This document shows, in pieces, positions 39,840-52,580 of a stretch of 62,203 bases of DNA. Location: contig MQRK01247947.1 in assembly GCA_001938485.1 (NCBI GenBank), positions 4,884 to 67,086 of the forward strand. The letters run 5' to 3'. The position numbers and the translations under genes were made by a program. The DNA is from Girardia tigrina. Taxonomy: Eukaryota. The notes beneath the pieces are model-generated. The model searched no databases and had not been told where the DNA came from. It saw only the letters and a list, made by a program, of their open reading frames with translations. How positions within the stretch are numbered: position 1 is the first letter of the stretch; each line of letters starts with the position of its first letter.

Positions 39840-40200
39840 AACAAAAGCGTACACTTGGACTACATAAACAGCTGAAAAGTCTGGATGACTGCCACAATCT
39901 TCAAAGTGCACATTCGTAAAATAGACAAGCGAGTTACCTCTGTTGGACGTCGGATATCATTGATAGTGAACAACTGTCATTCTCATTTTCTGGTAAAAGA
40001 TCTGAAGGCTGTAGCCCTCATCTTCTATTCCCTTTACACGACATCAAAGATTAAGCTAGAAGAAAAAGTGTTATATGGAGACTAAAGGAGCATTATCAGA
40101 AACTTCTCATCATTAAACTTCTGATCTCACATGATGCAAAGGTGGACCTAAAGGTTAACCTTCTGAAATCTTTGATGTAGTTAAATAATGCATCAAAAAC
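39840..40200 (+). pseudogene. pogo/Tigger DDE_1 transposase fragment
   Basis: WMTATIF..RRISLIVNNCHSH..L..V.LIF..TTSK matches the CENP-B/Tigger DDE_1 pattern. Confidence 0.75.
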
Positions 40201-42108
40201 GTCAAGACGTAAAAATTGATATTGCTATCCAGAACCAGTAGTCGCGATTATTTTTTGTAACAGAATTGAATTTCGTGATTAATCTCTAAGAAAATATGAT
40301 ATATTATTCGATTTCGAATATCCATTATCCTATTTCATTTGATTATAATCAGTGATAATAATCAATCAATTTCAATTTTTCCAGATTGAAAATACTCTAA
40401 ACTAAATCTCCAGATCTCGCATCCTTGGAATATTAAATTCCTAAACTCAAAATCCATAAAATCGAACTAGATTAATGTTTTCTGCAATCAGTTGTCTCTT
40501 TTCTTCACCTCAACTGATCTGAGGTATATTCCTATTTCACTTTCATTATTTATTGGGATTACTATACCTTGTTATTGTATTTACCGATAATTTAAATAAT
40601 TTAGATCTAATTTCTTTTCGTTTGTTATATATTCCCTAGCGTTAAATCAAGAAAACGTTTACTATATCGTGTTAAATACGTTTTAACATTCATATAAAAA
40701 AATAGTATCGATATATGCGAGACTAGATCTTTTTAATTAGTTGCCTCATATTTTCTAAGGAAATCACTGACAATCAGACTACAGGATGAAAAATTACTAT
40801 CATAGAATATGTCGTGACCGCAAAAAAATGCAAAGGAAAAAAGCGCACAGGAAAAAAGCACATGTGGAAAAAACCTCATAGGTATAAAAGCGCACATGGA
40901 AAAAAACGTATTTTTATATAATCAATGTAATTTAATGAAAACAAATGCAAACAAAAATAAGTAATATATCATTAAGTCTAAGATTTATTCAGAACCGATA
41001 GAAAAAATTAATGAACAGAATTATAAACTACTGTAGATTAGCTATTGTCCTTAAATAAGATAACTTGTCCTCTGTTTCATGATATTTTTCCACTGAACTG
41101 GCTATAATCGTAGAGTATTCTGTATTTTCTATTAGTTGGTTCCAGTTGATTAGCTTGTGAGTTTACTAATATTAGCTTATGGTACGCTAAATCTCTTCTC
41201 AATCCATCGAAAAGAATCCACACACTCGGATGACTTGAATGAAATATGGAGTTAAGGGTATTGTGAAACTCTTTGCAACAATTAGTTGTCTTTGGAGATT
41301 GATCAAGAGCTGCATCTTAGTGATTTCATGTTGTAATGTGGAATTTAGGAAATCTTCCGGTGGTCCCTTGCATATTTGTCGAACAAAAGAGCTCAGTACG
41401 TCGTTAAATCTGTCTGTCTTGCATTTCTTCTAATGGCACGAACGACAATGTACCCAATGATTTTAACTTTAATTTTGTGCCAATGCTTGACTCGAATTCC
41501 GATTTTAGACTGACTGCATTAATTTTCCTTATAATGCTTTGGCTCAAATAAAAATAACATTCTTTAATTTCAGCCTCTGGAAAAGTACATCTTTCAGCAT
41601 TCATGCAACCATTCTTGAAATCTAAAAGTATCTTTTCAGGCGCCATATTTAGAACCAATTTTTTCAAAATATTAAACATCCCCAAGAATGTTGCTTCATT
41701 CTTCTTTGTCAGCAGTGCATAAACACATGGTGGATACGAATTTCCTAATTTGACATGCACAGTGTAACGTTGATAAAACATAGTTGGTGCCTTGTCAAAA
41801 ATTCCGTCACCAAAGAGTGTGGTTTGGCTTAATTGGCCCAGTAACTCTCGATCTCCTAATACTAAAATTCGATATGAATCATATAATCCCGAGTCGTGTA
41901 ATACTAAGTTCGAGTATTTTCAGGAATTGAAAAATCTGTTGTGGATGGATTCGGCAAGTGTTTTTTTCTCGGTGATTTAGAAGAGTTCTCGCAAGAGAAG
42001 TGGTGGTGCTAGAGCGGGTGCAGCATGGTGGCTGCGGCGTGTTGGTATTAAGGAATGATTTGCGAAACGCGGGGGGCTCAAATTCAACGTAATCTTACTG
42101 CCATCATC

Positions 42109-42708
42109 CAATATAATTTCTCCTTCCTCATCAACGCCGAATTCAATCTTTATATCAATTAATTGACAATTTAAACTACTCCAAATCTTTTCTGCAATTT
42201 CAAAAATCGCGATTGTCATGTCCGACATTACTTGAATATCTCTCTCTGTTATAATCCGTTGCTTCAACCCGATCTTCAGTTCAAACGCAACTAACAGCTC
42301 ATATAAACATCGCGGATCGTGATTGGCATCATCTTTGAAAAACGTTTCTCGTTTAACCAGACAAATTTTATAACCTTCCGGAACACCAATATTTCTCTTT
42401 AGAAAAGATCCCGTAGTGATCCTTCTCCTGACCCACTCAATAGGAATCATATAACATCTTTTAGCAACAAAACTTGTATCGGAATGTTGCTTAATAAAAT
42501 GACTTTTTATATCAGAAAAAAACAACAACTCGAAAATATGAGTCACCGTTGTCGTACTAATCGCCGCTTTCCCTTTCATCGAGTGGCTCTTCATACCGTC
42601 ACCGACGGTTATTTTGTCTTTGGACACAATCAAACACAAATCCTCAAAATCCGGCATTTCACAAACGATCTTCGTCTTTCCCTCTATTATTGCTTTGTCG
42701 AAATTCAT
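42109..42708 (-). pseudogene. PAICS: PAICS/ADE2 SAICAR-synthetase domain, 5' 200 codons, truncated before the ADVID motif
   Basis: EGKTK, SKDKIT, GKAAIS, MIPIEWV.RR..TGSFLKRN.GV.EGY, FFKDDANHDP, IFEI.EK.W, DIKIEFGVD match animal PAICS. Intronless. Confidence 0.9.
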
Positions 42709-42920
42709 ATTTTTAATGTTTTAATCAATTTTACTTTGAATCAAATAAAGAAATTTATTCGAAACTTTATTTTTCTTACACTTTTTACAAAACAATGGTG
42801 ACTTTCCACTCATACAATTTCAAAACATTTTCACGCCAATTTTTAATAAAAAGATCAATTAAAACAAATTGGTGGAAATACATTAATTTATTCAATATTA
42901 TCGTTAATTTTTCATCAAGA

Positions 42921-43230
42921 ATGTTTAATCGATTGTCAATTCAAAAATTGTCTTGTATAAAACAATTTATTAGAGGTGAGAAATCGGTTCCGGCGAAAAT
43001 GACACTTGAACTTTGGAAAAAAATATTTCTATGAAATACTTACAAAAACCGATCAAAAGACGTTCCACATGATGTTAAGGCCATAATGACTCATGATAAA
43101 ATTCGTTCGTGAGGATCTGCTCCATTATTTTTATTTGCCAAAACTGGCCTGTTTGATTTTAAATTGTCATTGCAAGAATTCGAAGATGTGATTGGGATCG
43201 TTTCCACTGAAATAACTGGAATTATCATTG
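42921..43230 (+). pseudogene. 5' end of a gene divergent from PAICS, with a mitochondrial presequence-like N-terminus
   Basis: MFNRLSIQKLSCIKQFIRGEK... The frame runs ~100 codons with two TGA stops. The ATG is 212 bp from the PAICS ATG, head-to-head. Confidence 0.35.
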
Positions 43231-44234
43231 TTCCCCCCCCTTTTAAATCAAACAGGAAGATTACTTTTGAAAATAAGCAAATGCATTCATGCTTACCTCT
43301 GTCAATGTCTCTCCAATAACATTGCAGAAGGTAGCATTTATTGCAACCATGGCTTCTCTCGTTTGGCTTTTAGCGAAGTTTACTTCAGCTTTTTGTGGAC
43401 AGGAATCATGACATTGACTGCTTGAATCTTGTATAATTTTCTTGTTTTTTGTCTTCATAAGAGAATAGCACTTAGTCTGTCGATTTTTGTGGCACCTCCA
43501 TGTATCTATTCCATTTCTTGTGCAAAAATGTAAGTATTCAAAACCACAATAAATAAGAACTTGTTTTCCTTTCTGACTAATTGAAAACTCCATTGTCTAT
43601 AAATTTAAAAATGAATTAAAAAAACAATTATTTTACTATAATTAAACATTTTTAAATTTCTGTTTATAAACTAAATGTGTTTAAACAAAATTAATTAATA
43701 TTTTTGTTTTTAAAATTATTTAGAAGTATTTTCAGTTATAAAAATTGTTAATAACTTTTTAAAAATTAACTTTAAATAATTATTTAGAAAATATGTTTTA
43801 CTTATAAAAATTCTTTTTAATAAAATTCTGATTTTAAATATTTTAGATAATTTTCATTTTAAAATATTTAAAAATAAAAATTTTAAAATATTTAAAAATT
43901 AAAAATATATATAATAATATCACCACATCCTAACAAATTGAATTTTATTTTTCGTTTTACTTTTAGAAATGCGTTATTTTCCATGTGTGTTTTTATACCT
44001 ATGCGGTTTTTTTCCGTGTGCGCTGTCATCCTTGTGCGTAATTTTCCATGTGCGCATTTTTCCGCGTGTGCGTTTTTCCGTAAACCGGAAGAAACAGAGT
44101 TTCCGGATTTTCGATTTATCAAAAATAAATTCTTTCAGTTTCTCTATTATAAAGCATGAAACCTTATATTTTTAGCTGAAATACATTTCATCTTTATTTA
44201 TTATTAATAGTTAACTAATAACTAATAGTTTTGA

Positions 44235-44790
44235 GGCTGATATATTACGATTGCCAAGAACAAGTAATTCAGTTGAAGAGTGGAAACGTGGTTTTAACCA
44301 ACTCATTGGATCTAGTCATCCAAAAATTTAGAAATTTATAGATGATCTCAGGAAAGAAAAAAGTATTAATGAATTCGAAATTGAGCAAAACATTACTGGT
44401 CAATGCTTCCTCTGGTACCTCTTACAGTTTATCGTGATAAAGCTCTACGAATAGAGGATATAGTTAATGACTATGAGAATCGCTACATATTGGATTGTTT
44501 AAAAGGCATCGCTCAGAACTTGAAGTGTAAATAATTTTTGTACAATTTTTTAAAATCGATAATTACAAGAACAATTATTTTTACTTCATGTTTATCACTA
44601 CTTATACCATCATTTTGATTGAAAGATTTTAATAAATTTGAATTTCATTTCAAGTATGAAAATGTCATATGATTATTTGATCAACTAAATCTACTTTTGC
44701 CTTTTATGTTTTCGCTATTTTTTTCTTTCACCTTTTCTTCTTTCGCTTCTTCAATTTCTCTCATTTTGTTTTTGCCTTTTTGACATTTAA
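44235..44790 (+). mobile_element. Second MULE: transposase C-terminus and terminal repeats
   Basis: LPRTSNSVEEW..FN..GSSHP.I..FI..LRKE, followed by ttcgc/ttttt repeats. Confidence 0.65.
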
Positions 44791-45207
44791 GTATGAAAAA
44801 CTACAGCCATTTTTATTATAAAAAGTCTTCAAATCTAAAGTGAAAAGATTTTTGAAACATTAATTTCTACGGTGATTTATTCCTTTATTTATTACTTGTC
44901 ATTTACATTTTATGCAGATACTAATAAATAATTATAATAATAAATCTCGATTAAAATAATCATTATAAAAAGTGCGCGTTTTCCGTAAAATGCGCCTTAT
45001 ATATTCGTATTTCATGTAGCACTTGAGATAGACCATTAATTATATTACTTGACAACTTCTTTTGTATTGTGACGTATTTAAACACAAAAGATTTTATACT
45101 TTATATTCTTTTTGGAGATAAAAATACAAAAAACATTTTAACAATTATTTATTAACTTTAACAATAATTTGGTAAATAAATTATCGGATCAAAGCCAGTT
45201 TGGCTTT

Positions 45208-46232
45208 TTAAGCTGTGAAAAAAGGATGACTTAAAGCATCTTTTGCTGATGTTCTTTTAATGGGATCCACAATAAGAATTTCAGAAATCTAAAATCAATA
45301 ATGAAATTTATAAAAACTTGGAATATTATTTTAAATACCAGATTCAGTGCTTCTGAGGATATGCCTACCAAATCTTTATCTTTAATCACATATTTCCCCT
45401 CACTAATAAGCTTAAGTAGCTCATCGTTAGAATCGTGACAGAAAGGAAAGTATCCCATCAAGCAAGCATACATGATAACACCTGCCGACCAAATGTCCGT
45501 CGCCTTGTCAACCATCGCTTGAGCATTTTTTTCTAAATATTTTTTTGCCATTTCTGGTGACATATAATCGAGAGTTCCGCAAATCACTTAAAAAAATACA
45601 ATCAAATCTATCCATTATCAAACCAAAATCTAACTTTTTCTTCTATTGAAATCATCTTGATGAACTGTTAATTCAAAATCGATAACTTTAATATCATCTT
45701 GATCATCCAACATTATATTGTCCAGTTTCATATCGAGGTGAATGTACCCTTTACCATGGATGAAACTGAGAGCATCAAATAACTGGTACATGATTGTTTT
45801 TACTCGGCTTTCCGGTAACCGAGTTAGTCTTAGTAAATGGTCAAATAAATTGCCTTTTCTAAAACTTGACCAAGCAAAGTGTTAAATTGTTGTATATGTA
45901 TATCAGTTACTCACTAATCCATTACTAAATGTATATTGTTAATGTTTTCGAAGTAATCATGCACATTTATTATGTAAGGGTGATCTGAAAAGACTTTCAA
46001 AGCATTGTACTCCGATTTTGCCTTTAATGACGTCCAATTTTTCATCGAGCTTGAAACTTCGAATGTTTTAACAACATAGTCTTTCTATAAAATAAATATA
46101 TTATATATATTAACGCACATAGCAGCTCTAGGTTACGTTGGACGCAATCTCCGTGCATAAGAATATTGAAACCATTGTACCTTTATATAATCGTTTGTCT
46201 AGTTTATATTTTCTAGAAAAAGATTTATCCAT
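45208..46232 (-). CDS. Kinase paralog K5 (most divergent), 274 aa; exons 46232-46137, 46084-45915, 45864-45635, 45586-45339, 45288-45208
   Basis: Spliced open frame (introns 52, 50, 48, 50 nt) with YVVK, KSE, HLDMKLDN, DFE, CGTLDYMSPE, DIWSAG, HPFF. Confidence 0.88.
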
Positions 46233-47738
46233 TATGATAATTTTATTAATTGAAAATTAAATTGTTGAACTTCAAATTTATATTTAAGATGAAAAATGAA
46301 TGACATCACTCATATTTACAGAAACTTTATTCAGGAAATCCGTTCATACTTTTTGTTGAGTTCTGATATGGATATTGAATAGAAAAGAAAGTATTTTAGA
46401 AGAGTATTATGCTAAAAATGACAACGGGGTTTAGTTTGTTCCATTTACCAAAAGGGTCGGAACAACTTCAATGTTAGTTTTCTAATAATCAGTTGTCTCT
46501 ACAAGTTCATTTGTTTCCCTAAATATTATCAGAACAATTATTATGAAAATCAAACTTCATGGGTGTTTGATCCATTTTAGTTTTGATCTAATTGTTAATT
46601 TTTGAGATAGCTTTGCTTGTGGACGCCACATAAAATAATGTCTTTCGATGAAGTACGGGCCCATTTTTATTGAAACTATAAACCCAAGATTATCATTACA
46701 TTTACCATACTTATGAAATTTAAATGCCTAAATTCGAATGAAAATTCAAGAACTAACATGTCCGTTGCTTCTGTGCGTCATTTGCCAAATTATATAGTGG
46801 ATACCTTTTCCGGATGTTCACACGATAACCATCGGAAAAACATTTGGGTTCGAGGAATCATTTTAAGTTCCGTTTTATTTATACAATAGCGAACTGTCCT
46901 TCTAGATTTTTCAAACTGACGCTCCACAGCCTGATTATAAATTTTTTAATGTAGTGAAGAATTTCTGGTTGAAATTCTCTGCAGGCTTTCTAATGCGATG
47001 GTTTAGGTAAATTGCTTTAGAAGTACAATTGATTCTACACAAGAATTATGACAGTCTAACAAATTATCTGGAATAACGAAATTTAATATTGGAAACTCCA
47101 TAGTAATCCTATGAAGCAATAAATTAACAAATGAAGAGCACGAAATTTTAAAATTTAAATTAATTATTTTCATGAAAATCATTTTTTCTCTCAATTAAAA
47201 AATCTAGAAATGATAATATATTATCATTCCAAGTTTCCATTGTAAACTTTAGATTGGAATGAAGAGAGTTCATATATTAAAAAATGGAGAAATACCGCAA
47301 CGCATGTCAATTTTCTTTCTGCAAATATAAGTCTAACAAAAACTATAAACTAACAAAAGAAGCTTTTGAAATATTAATTGAAAAAAGTAATAAGAATAAA
47401 CTAACAGATGTTCAAGATCAATTTGTAGCACTAAGAAAAGCAGTTTCAAACTGGGATATGTTTTAACTGTACCTTATTTAGAATGATTCAAATTATTTAA
47501 ACACTCCCTTTTAAAAGCAGAGGATAATACCATGAATTTAAAAATAATCGCACGTACCCAAAAATAGAAAATTCGTTTGGCAATATATCTTCAACACAGT
47601 TGGGATTGTGTTCAGATCTCATGTACCAATATGCGTGTAATGGGTGTTGTTAGGGGTTCTTTTTAGTGAACTATAAATTTTTGATATTTTTAAATTAAAA
47701 ATCATATTTATATTTGAGATGAATTAAAAATAATGTTC

Positions 47739-47880
47739 TACTAATTAAAATGAAATAACTTTTTATAAAAAATATAGTTCACAGATAGTATTTTACTAAT
47801 TAAAATGAAATAAATCTTTATAAAAAATATAGTTCACAGACAGTATTTTACTAATTAAATTGGAACAACTTTTTATAAAA
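47739..47880. repeat. 55-bp tandem repeat, ~2.5 copies
   Basis: tactaattaaa(a)tg..ataaaaaatatagttcacaga.agtattt units start at 47739, 47794 and 47849. Confidence 0.85.
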
Positions 47881-48399
47881 ATTAGGTTTTAAAAAAATCA
47901 CAATTAAAATAACAGCTTCGGAGTTAAAGAATATTGTAAAGAAGATTTTGATATATCTTGTAACACTGTTTAAAATAAAAATCATAATGTTTATTGAATT
48001 TAATTGTCAACGGAAAAGTTTTATTAAAAAAAATAATTTATTGAATATTTTAAAATCAAGTTCTAAAATACAAATCATAATGTTTTATTGAAGTTAATTG
48101 TCCAAGGAAAGTCTTATTAAAAAATAATTTATAATTGAATGATTTAAAATTAAAGAAAAAATTATTTAGGAATTGAATTTTTACAGGACATGTCCATTAA
48201 AATATTTTTAAAGATCTAAATTTATATTTCAATTAATAAACATTGTACAAATTAATAAAACAAAAACAAAATATGATTTATGCAACATTGAATAAAAAAA
48301 CATATATATACATTGATATTAGTATTTATATTTAGAATTTTAAAATCTGGTTTATGTAACTGAAATATTGTTTGAATAATGAAAGTTTTATGAGAAATA

Positions 48400-48820
48400 A
48401 AGTTTTGTGTTAAGGACAACGTCTTTTGATCAAGAACCCAATAGGTGTAATGCAACACACATTGGAGAGACTTCACGTCATCTCTGTAAGAGAATCCATG
48501 AATGCATTCATAAGGAAAGTGGAAGTAATAGTGCTAGACATAGAAAACATTATAAACAGGACATAAATACTAATAACATTTAAATTTTGTGCACTAAATT
48601 CAAAAATTATTGGGAGAGAGTGATATGTAAAGCGTTATATATGAGTACTGTGGATCCTAAAATTAACATTCAAAATACACTCTCAACAACTTTATTAAGT
48701 TTATAAATGATTTATTGATGATGTATTGATAACATAATCATTACCGACAATATTTAAGAAACTTTTTAAAAAAAATCAGTTGTCCTGAGGATAACGTTCA
48801 AACGTCGAAATTAATAAACA
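48400..48820 (+). mobile_element. Penelope-like element 3' relic (GIY-YIG endonuclease end plus hammerhead-like motif)
   Basis: HIGETSRHLCKRIHE...ILCTK..NYWERVICKALYM...DPKINIQ, then CTGAGGA-stem-GAAA at 48785-48810. Confidence 0.7.
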
Positions 48821-49305
48821 CATAAATAAATTTTAATAATTTAAATTGGAATAATTTGCCAATTGGTTTTAAATTTATTTACAACTTCAAAAATGTAACA
48901 AAATTTTATAGTTAACAATTCAGACTACAAAGATAAAACAAGAGACGTACTCTGTACAAAAAATTCAGCAAATCGTTTTTGAAATAAAATAGCAAATCAT
49001 TAACACGGACGTAGGAAGCTGATTTGAAGGATTTAATGAAGTCTCTTAAGAATAAAAATATCTAACAGGAATTTGAGAAACCACTGACAACTCAGGGTTC
49101 ACATATGGCTAAATCATATTGATTAAAATATATTAAATATGTAATCCATAAAGCTATGTATCAATTTTAATTATTGACCCTACGTAATCGATAAATCTAT
49201 AAATATGTGTAAAAAAATGGAATTACAATTTTGACTCAGTGAAAAAAATAGGAAGCAGACACTGAATGCACTTCTTATATGTTGTAAGAAAGATGTGATG
49301 GTTCG

Positions 49306-49851
49306 TGTGAGGAATATTTTAAATTTGGTATGTTGAAATTGGTTTGTTGAATTTTGTATGTTGAGTTTAGTATTTGGAAATGTGTTTCTCCCACCCAGAT
49401 GGAAAATTGATATTTTGGATGNNNNNNNNNNNNNNNNNNNNNNNNNNNNNNNNNNNNNNNNNNNNNNNNNNNNNNNNNNNNNNNNNNNNNNNNNNNNNNN
49501 NNNNNNNNNNNNNNNNNNNNNNNNNNNNNNNATATTAAAATTTAAATAAAATAAATAGTTTTAACTAAGTTTTGAATTAAATAAATGTTCTTTCTTTACA
49601 TAAAATAATTTTTAAATAAAATTAATATGTAAATAAAATTAATAATAAAACTACCAAAATTTGAACTTTAAAAATAAAATCAGAAAATAATGAAAAATTT
49701 GTTCGAATAATTGTTTATTAACAAACATTAACAAAAAATTATCAATTTAGAACGATGTCGAATTACGAGAGTTTTACTGAGAGTTGTCCAAAAGACAATT
49801 CTGATTGTAATGAAAATAAAAGTTCGAAAACCCATGTTGGCGTTCTTAATA
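49306..49851 (+). mobile_element. Solo LTR (contains a gap)
   Basis: TGTGAGG...CTTAATA; perfect TSD GTTCG; sister copy at 59684-60160. Confidence 0.82.
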
Positions 49852-50012
49852 GTTCGTTTTAATGAAAAATAGAGTAACGGTAAACATAGTAACAAAATTG
49901 TTATCATACAGTCAAAGTGCAAAATTTCCTCTCTGTGAATTGCAGATTAATCTAGCATTTCAATTTGTTTGGCATGAGAGTCATACTTCGTATATTATCC
50001 AGATAAATTGAG

Positions 50013-50450
50013 TATTAAGAAGACGTATAATTTTCAACATTTATTTTCATCACAGTTGACACTATAATGAATCTATTTGAACAATTTTTCGAAAAAATTG
50101 TCATTGTATACATTTAAATTATTTTCAGACATTATTTTTAAAATTTTACTGTAATAATTTCTACAATAATTTTATCTAAAATATCATTTTAATTTAAAAA
50201 GGATTTAATTTTAAAACAATTATTTAGTTGATTAAAAATCCAGTTTTATCTTATTCATATTATCAAATTTTGATATTTAAATATATCAATATTTAAGTTT
50301 AAATTTTTAATATTTATTGTTGTAATCTAAAATATAAATCATGGTCGAACATCCAAAATACCAATTTTCCATCTGGGGGGTGAAGCACATTTCCAAATAC
50401 TAAATTCAACATACCGATTTCAAAATTCTAAATTTAAAAGATTTCTCACA
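50013..50450 (-). mobile_element. Solo LTR
   Basis: TGTGAGA...CTTAATA on the minus strand; TSD TTGAG/TTTAG; cagatggaaaattg motif. Confidence 0.75.
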
Positions 50451-50505
50451 TTTAGTATTCACAATCGAGTTAACAGAATAAGGTTCTTGATCACAACGTG
50501 TATAG

Positions 50506-52580
50506 CAGGGATGGGCACATTTACACGTTGTATGATCGAATAAAATTTTTATTATGTAACTGTGATCGATTCTTTCGGAAATGAGAAAACATATAACAGT
50601 ATGTTTATTAATTTTTTATTATAAAATTGCATAATTATTGTACGAGGTAAAAAACTAATTTTTGGATGTTGACGCATGGCATTCCATTTCATCGCAAAGT
50701 CTTGTAAAGTTAGTTTGTATTCACTGATACACAGTCTGATAGATTTAAATAAATAAGCGGAACCAAAGAATGCAAATATTCTTGATGTAACTGATCTCAA
50801 TAATGGAGTTTTCTTCTGGTACAAACTTCCTAAAAAAATGCATTTGCAAGTGATTTCAAAATTTTATCTGATTTTATTGTTAAAACTTCCGATTCTACAT
50901 CTGATAAATTTAATCGGAAAATATGAGCTACATTGTATGACATATCCTCGATATTATATTCTCCCCATGGAAAGCAAATAAATTCAAGAATAATTTGAAA
51001 GTCATCCCTCAAATTCTGAATTAATATTGTCTATTATTGAACAAAACTTTTCGATGTTGCATTTACCAGTAAGTTTAATTTGATTTTCTAAATATAGAAA
51101 ATTCTTTAAGGCATTATTTTTTAATTGTAACGTACAAAATTTTAATTTTGCTTCAAAAGCATTTGCAGAACTGACTAACTCAATAATATTCTTTCCTTTT
51201 CATTGTAATTGTAAATTGAGAGTTATAAAGATCCATAAATTCCTTTAGAGAAGCTAAATTTTGTAACTAAACTGGATCTTCCAACTTTTCTTGTTTTTCT
51301 CCAAAAAAATTTAAAAATTGAACAATTTTAGGCAAAAGATTTTAAAATCTTTTTAAAAACTTCCCTGGCTACGCCAAATGACATTACAAAAAAGTAATAA
51401 ATCTTCGTATTGGGAATCATTTTCTTCAAGTTAAGTACGGATTTCGTACTACGGAACAGTCGCCTCTTTAAAGTACGGACCCACATTGAGTAAAGCTATT
51501 TTCATTATATAATTAGCATCCAATATTTTTGCACATAAGGCTTTATAATATTATGATGTAATGAAACTATATAAAATCAGGAAATTGTTCATTTTGTTGA
51601 AAAATAGTTACAAATCCATTTTTTCGACCAACCATTGCAGGTGCTCCATCGGTTGATAAATAAATCAACTTATGTAGAGGCAATTTTGTTTTCTCTGTAA
51701 ATGTAATAAATTTTGGGAAAATGTCTTCTTCTCGCATCGTACCTGTGAGGAGTGTTGTGAATGGTTTGTCGATATTGTACATGTTGTATGTTGATTCGGA
51801 TTGTGTCTCTCCTACCCAGATGGATGATTTGTATTTTCTTTGATTCCTACCAATTAAAAATAATGTAATTTAATTTTAAAGCAAAAAGATTTAAAATAAT
51901 TTTTGAATGTATTATTTAATTTCTATTGTAATTTAAAATTTTAATATATTTCTTTAATATGCACTTTTTAAAAAAAATGTTTAGATTAATATAACCAATT
52001 AAAATCTTTTTAATTAATAATTTTTATTAACAGATTTTCATTTATTGAAAAAAATATTATGAATTTAGAAATATATTAATAAAGAAAAATGCCAAATAGT
52101 GAAGGCGGTTGTGATGTTCATAAATGCTTAAAAACTCCTATTGATGTTGTTAATAGTACCTTTCATCGGAAAAATTGGTAAAAATTCCTCCTTTGTCGAT
52201 AAATCGGCGAATATCATTCTTATAAACAAAATTAATTGTGTAGTGTTAATGACATCTGTTGATTTGTCAAAATGTAATGAAAAGAAACCGCAGTTTTGTA
52301 TGTGATCTTTCAATTGTTGAGTTTCATTACTCATTACGTCGAGTTATAGTTCGACGAGAAAGTTGCAAATCTTTAATTGCATTAAGAATTTCGTTTTTAC
52401 TTTAAAAGTTGTTAAATAATTTTTCCCTGCTCTCAAGGAAAGCTTCCATCACGAAAACTTCACCATCATGATAACACTTTTTTTATGTCTTCCCAAAACA
52501 TAGGAGATCACATAGAATACTTCAGTGGCTAAATTAGATTGTTGAGAAGACTTTTGAAGTATAAGATGCTGTGCGGTTAA
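50506..52580 (-). mobile_element. hAT transposon (GTF2IRD2/Buster-like), decayed
   Basis: FSLHFDKSTDV..QL.LFIR..EEFL, KGT.REEDIF, STDGAPAMVG, FGSAYL; TIR CAGGGATGGGCA. Confidence 0.85.
51744..52155 (+). mobile_element. Solo LTR inserted in the hAT transposase
   Basis: Perfect TSD GTACC; removing the insert restores PMKGTMREEDIF. Confidence 0.9.

Larger units (their letters stand above)
40813..44086 (-). mobile_element. MULE (FLYWCH + MULE transposase) with long repetitive TIRs, interrupted by a host-gene insert
   Basis: Inverted gaaaaaagcgcac arrays at both ends. SQKGKQVLIYCGFEY..WRC..C FLYWCH; DGIFDKAPTMFYQ.YTVH, PCVYALL, LLDF, CYFYLSQ. Confidence 0.85.

Noticed and set aside
42921-43230. 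In-frame TGA codons suggesting an alternative genetic code or selenocysteine
   Set aside because: Intact genes here use TGG for Trp, and the relics contain all stop types; decay is the simpler explanation.
42921-43230. PPAT as the head-to-head partner of PAICS
   Set aside because: No ECGVFG or LQHRGQES motifs in the divergent frame.
46440-47560. Possible gag/integrase scraps
   Set aside because: Too degenerate to support with a diagnostic motif.
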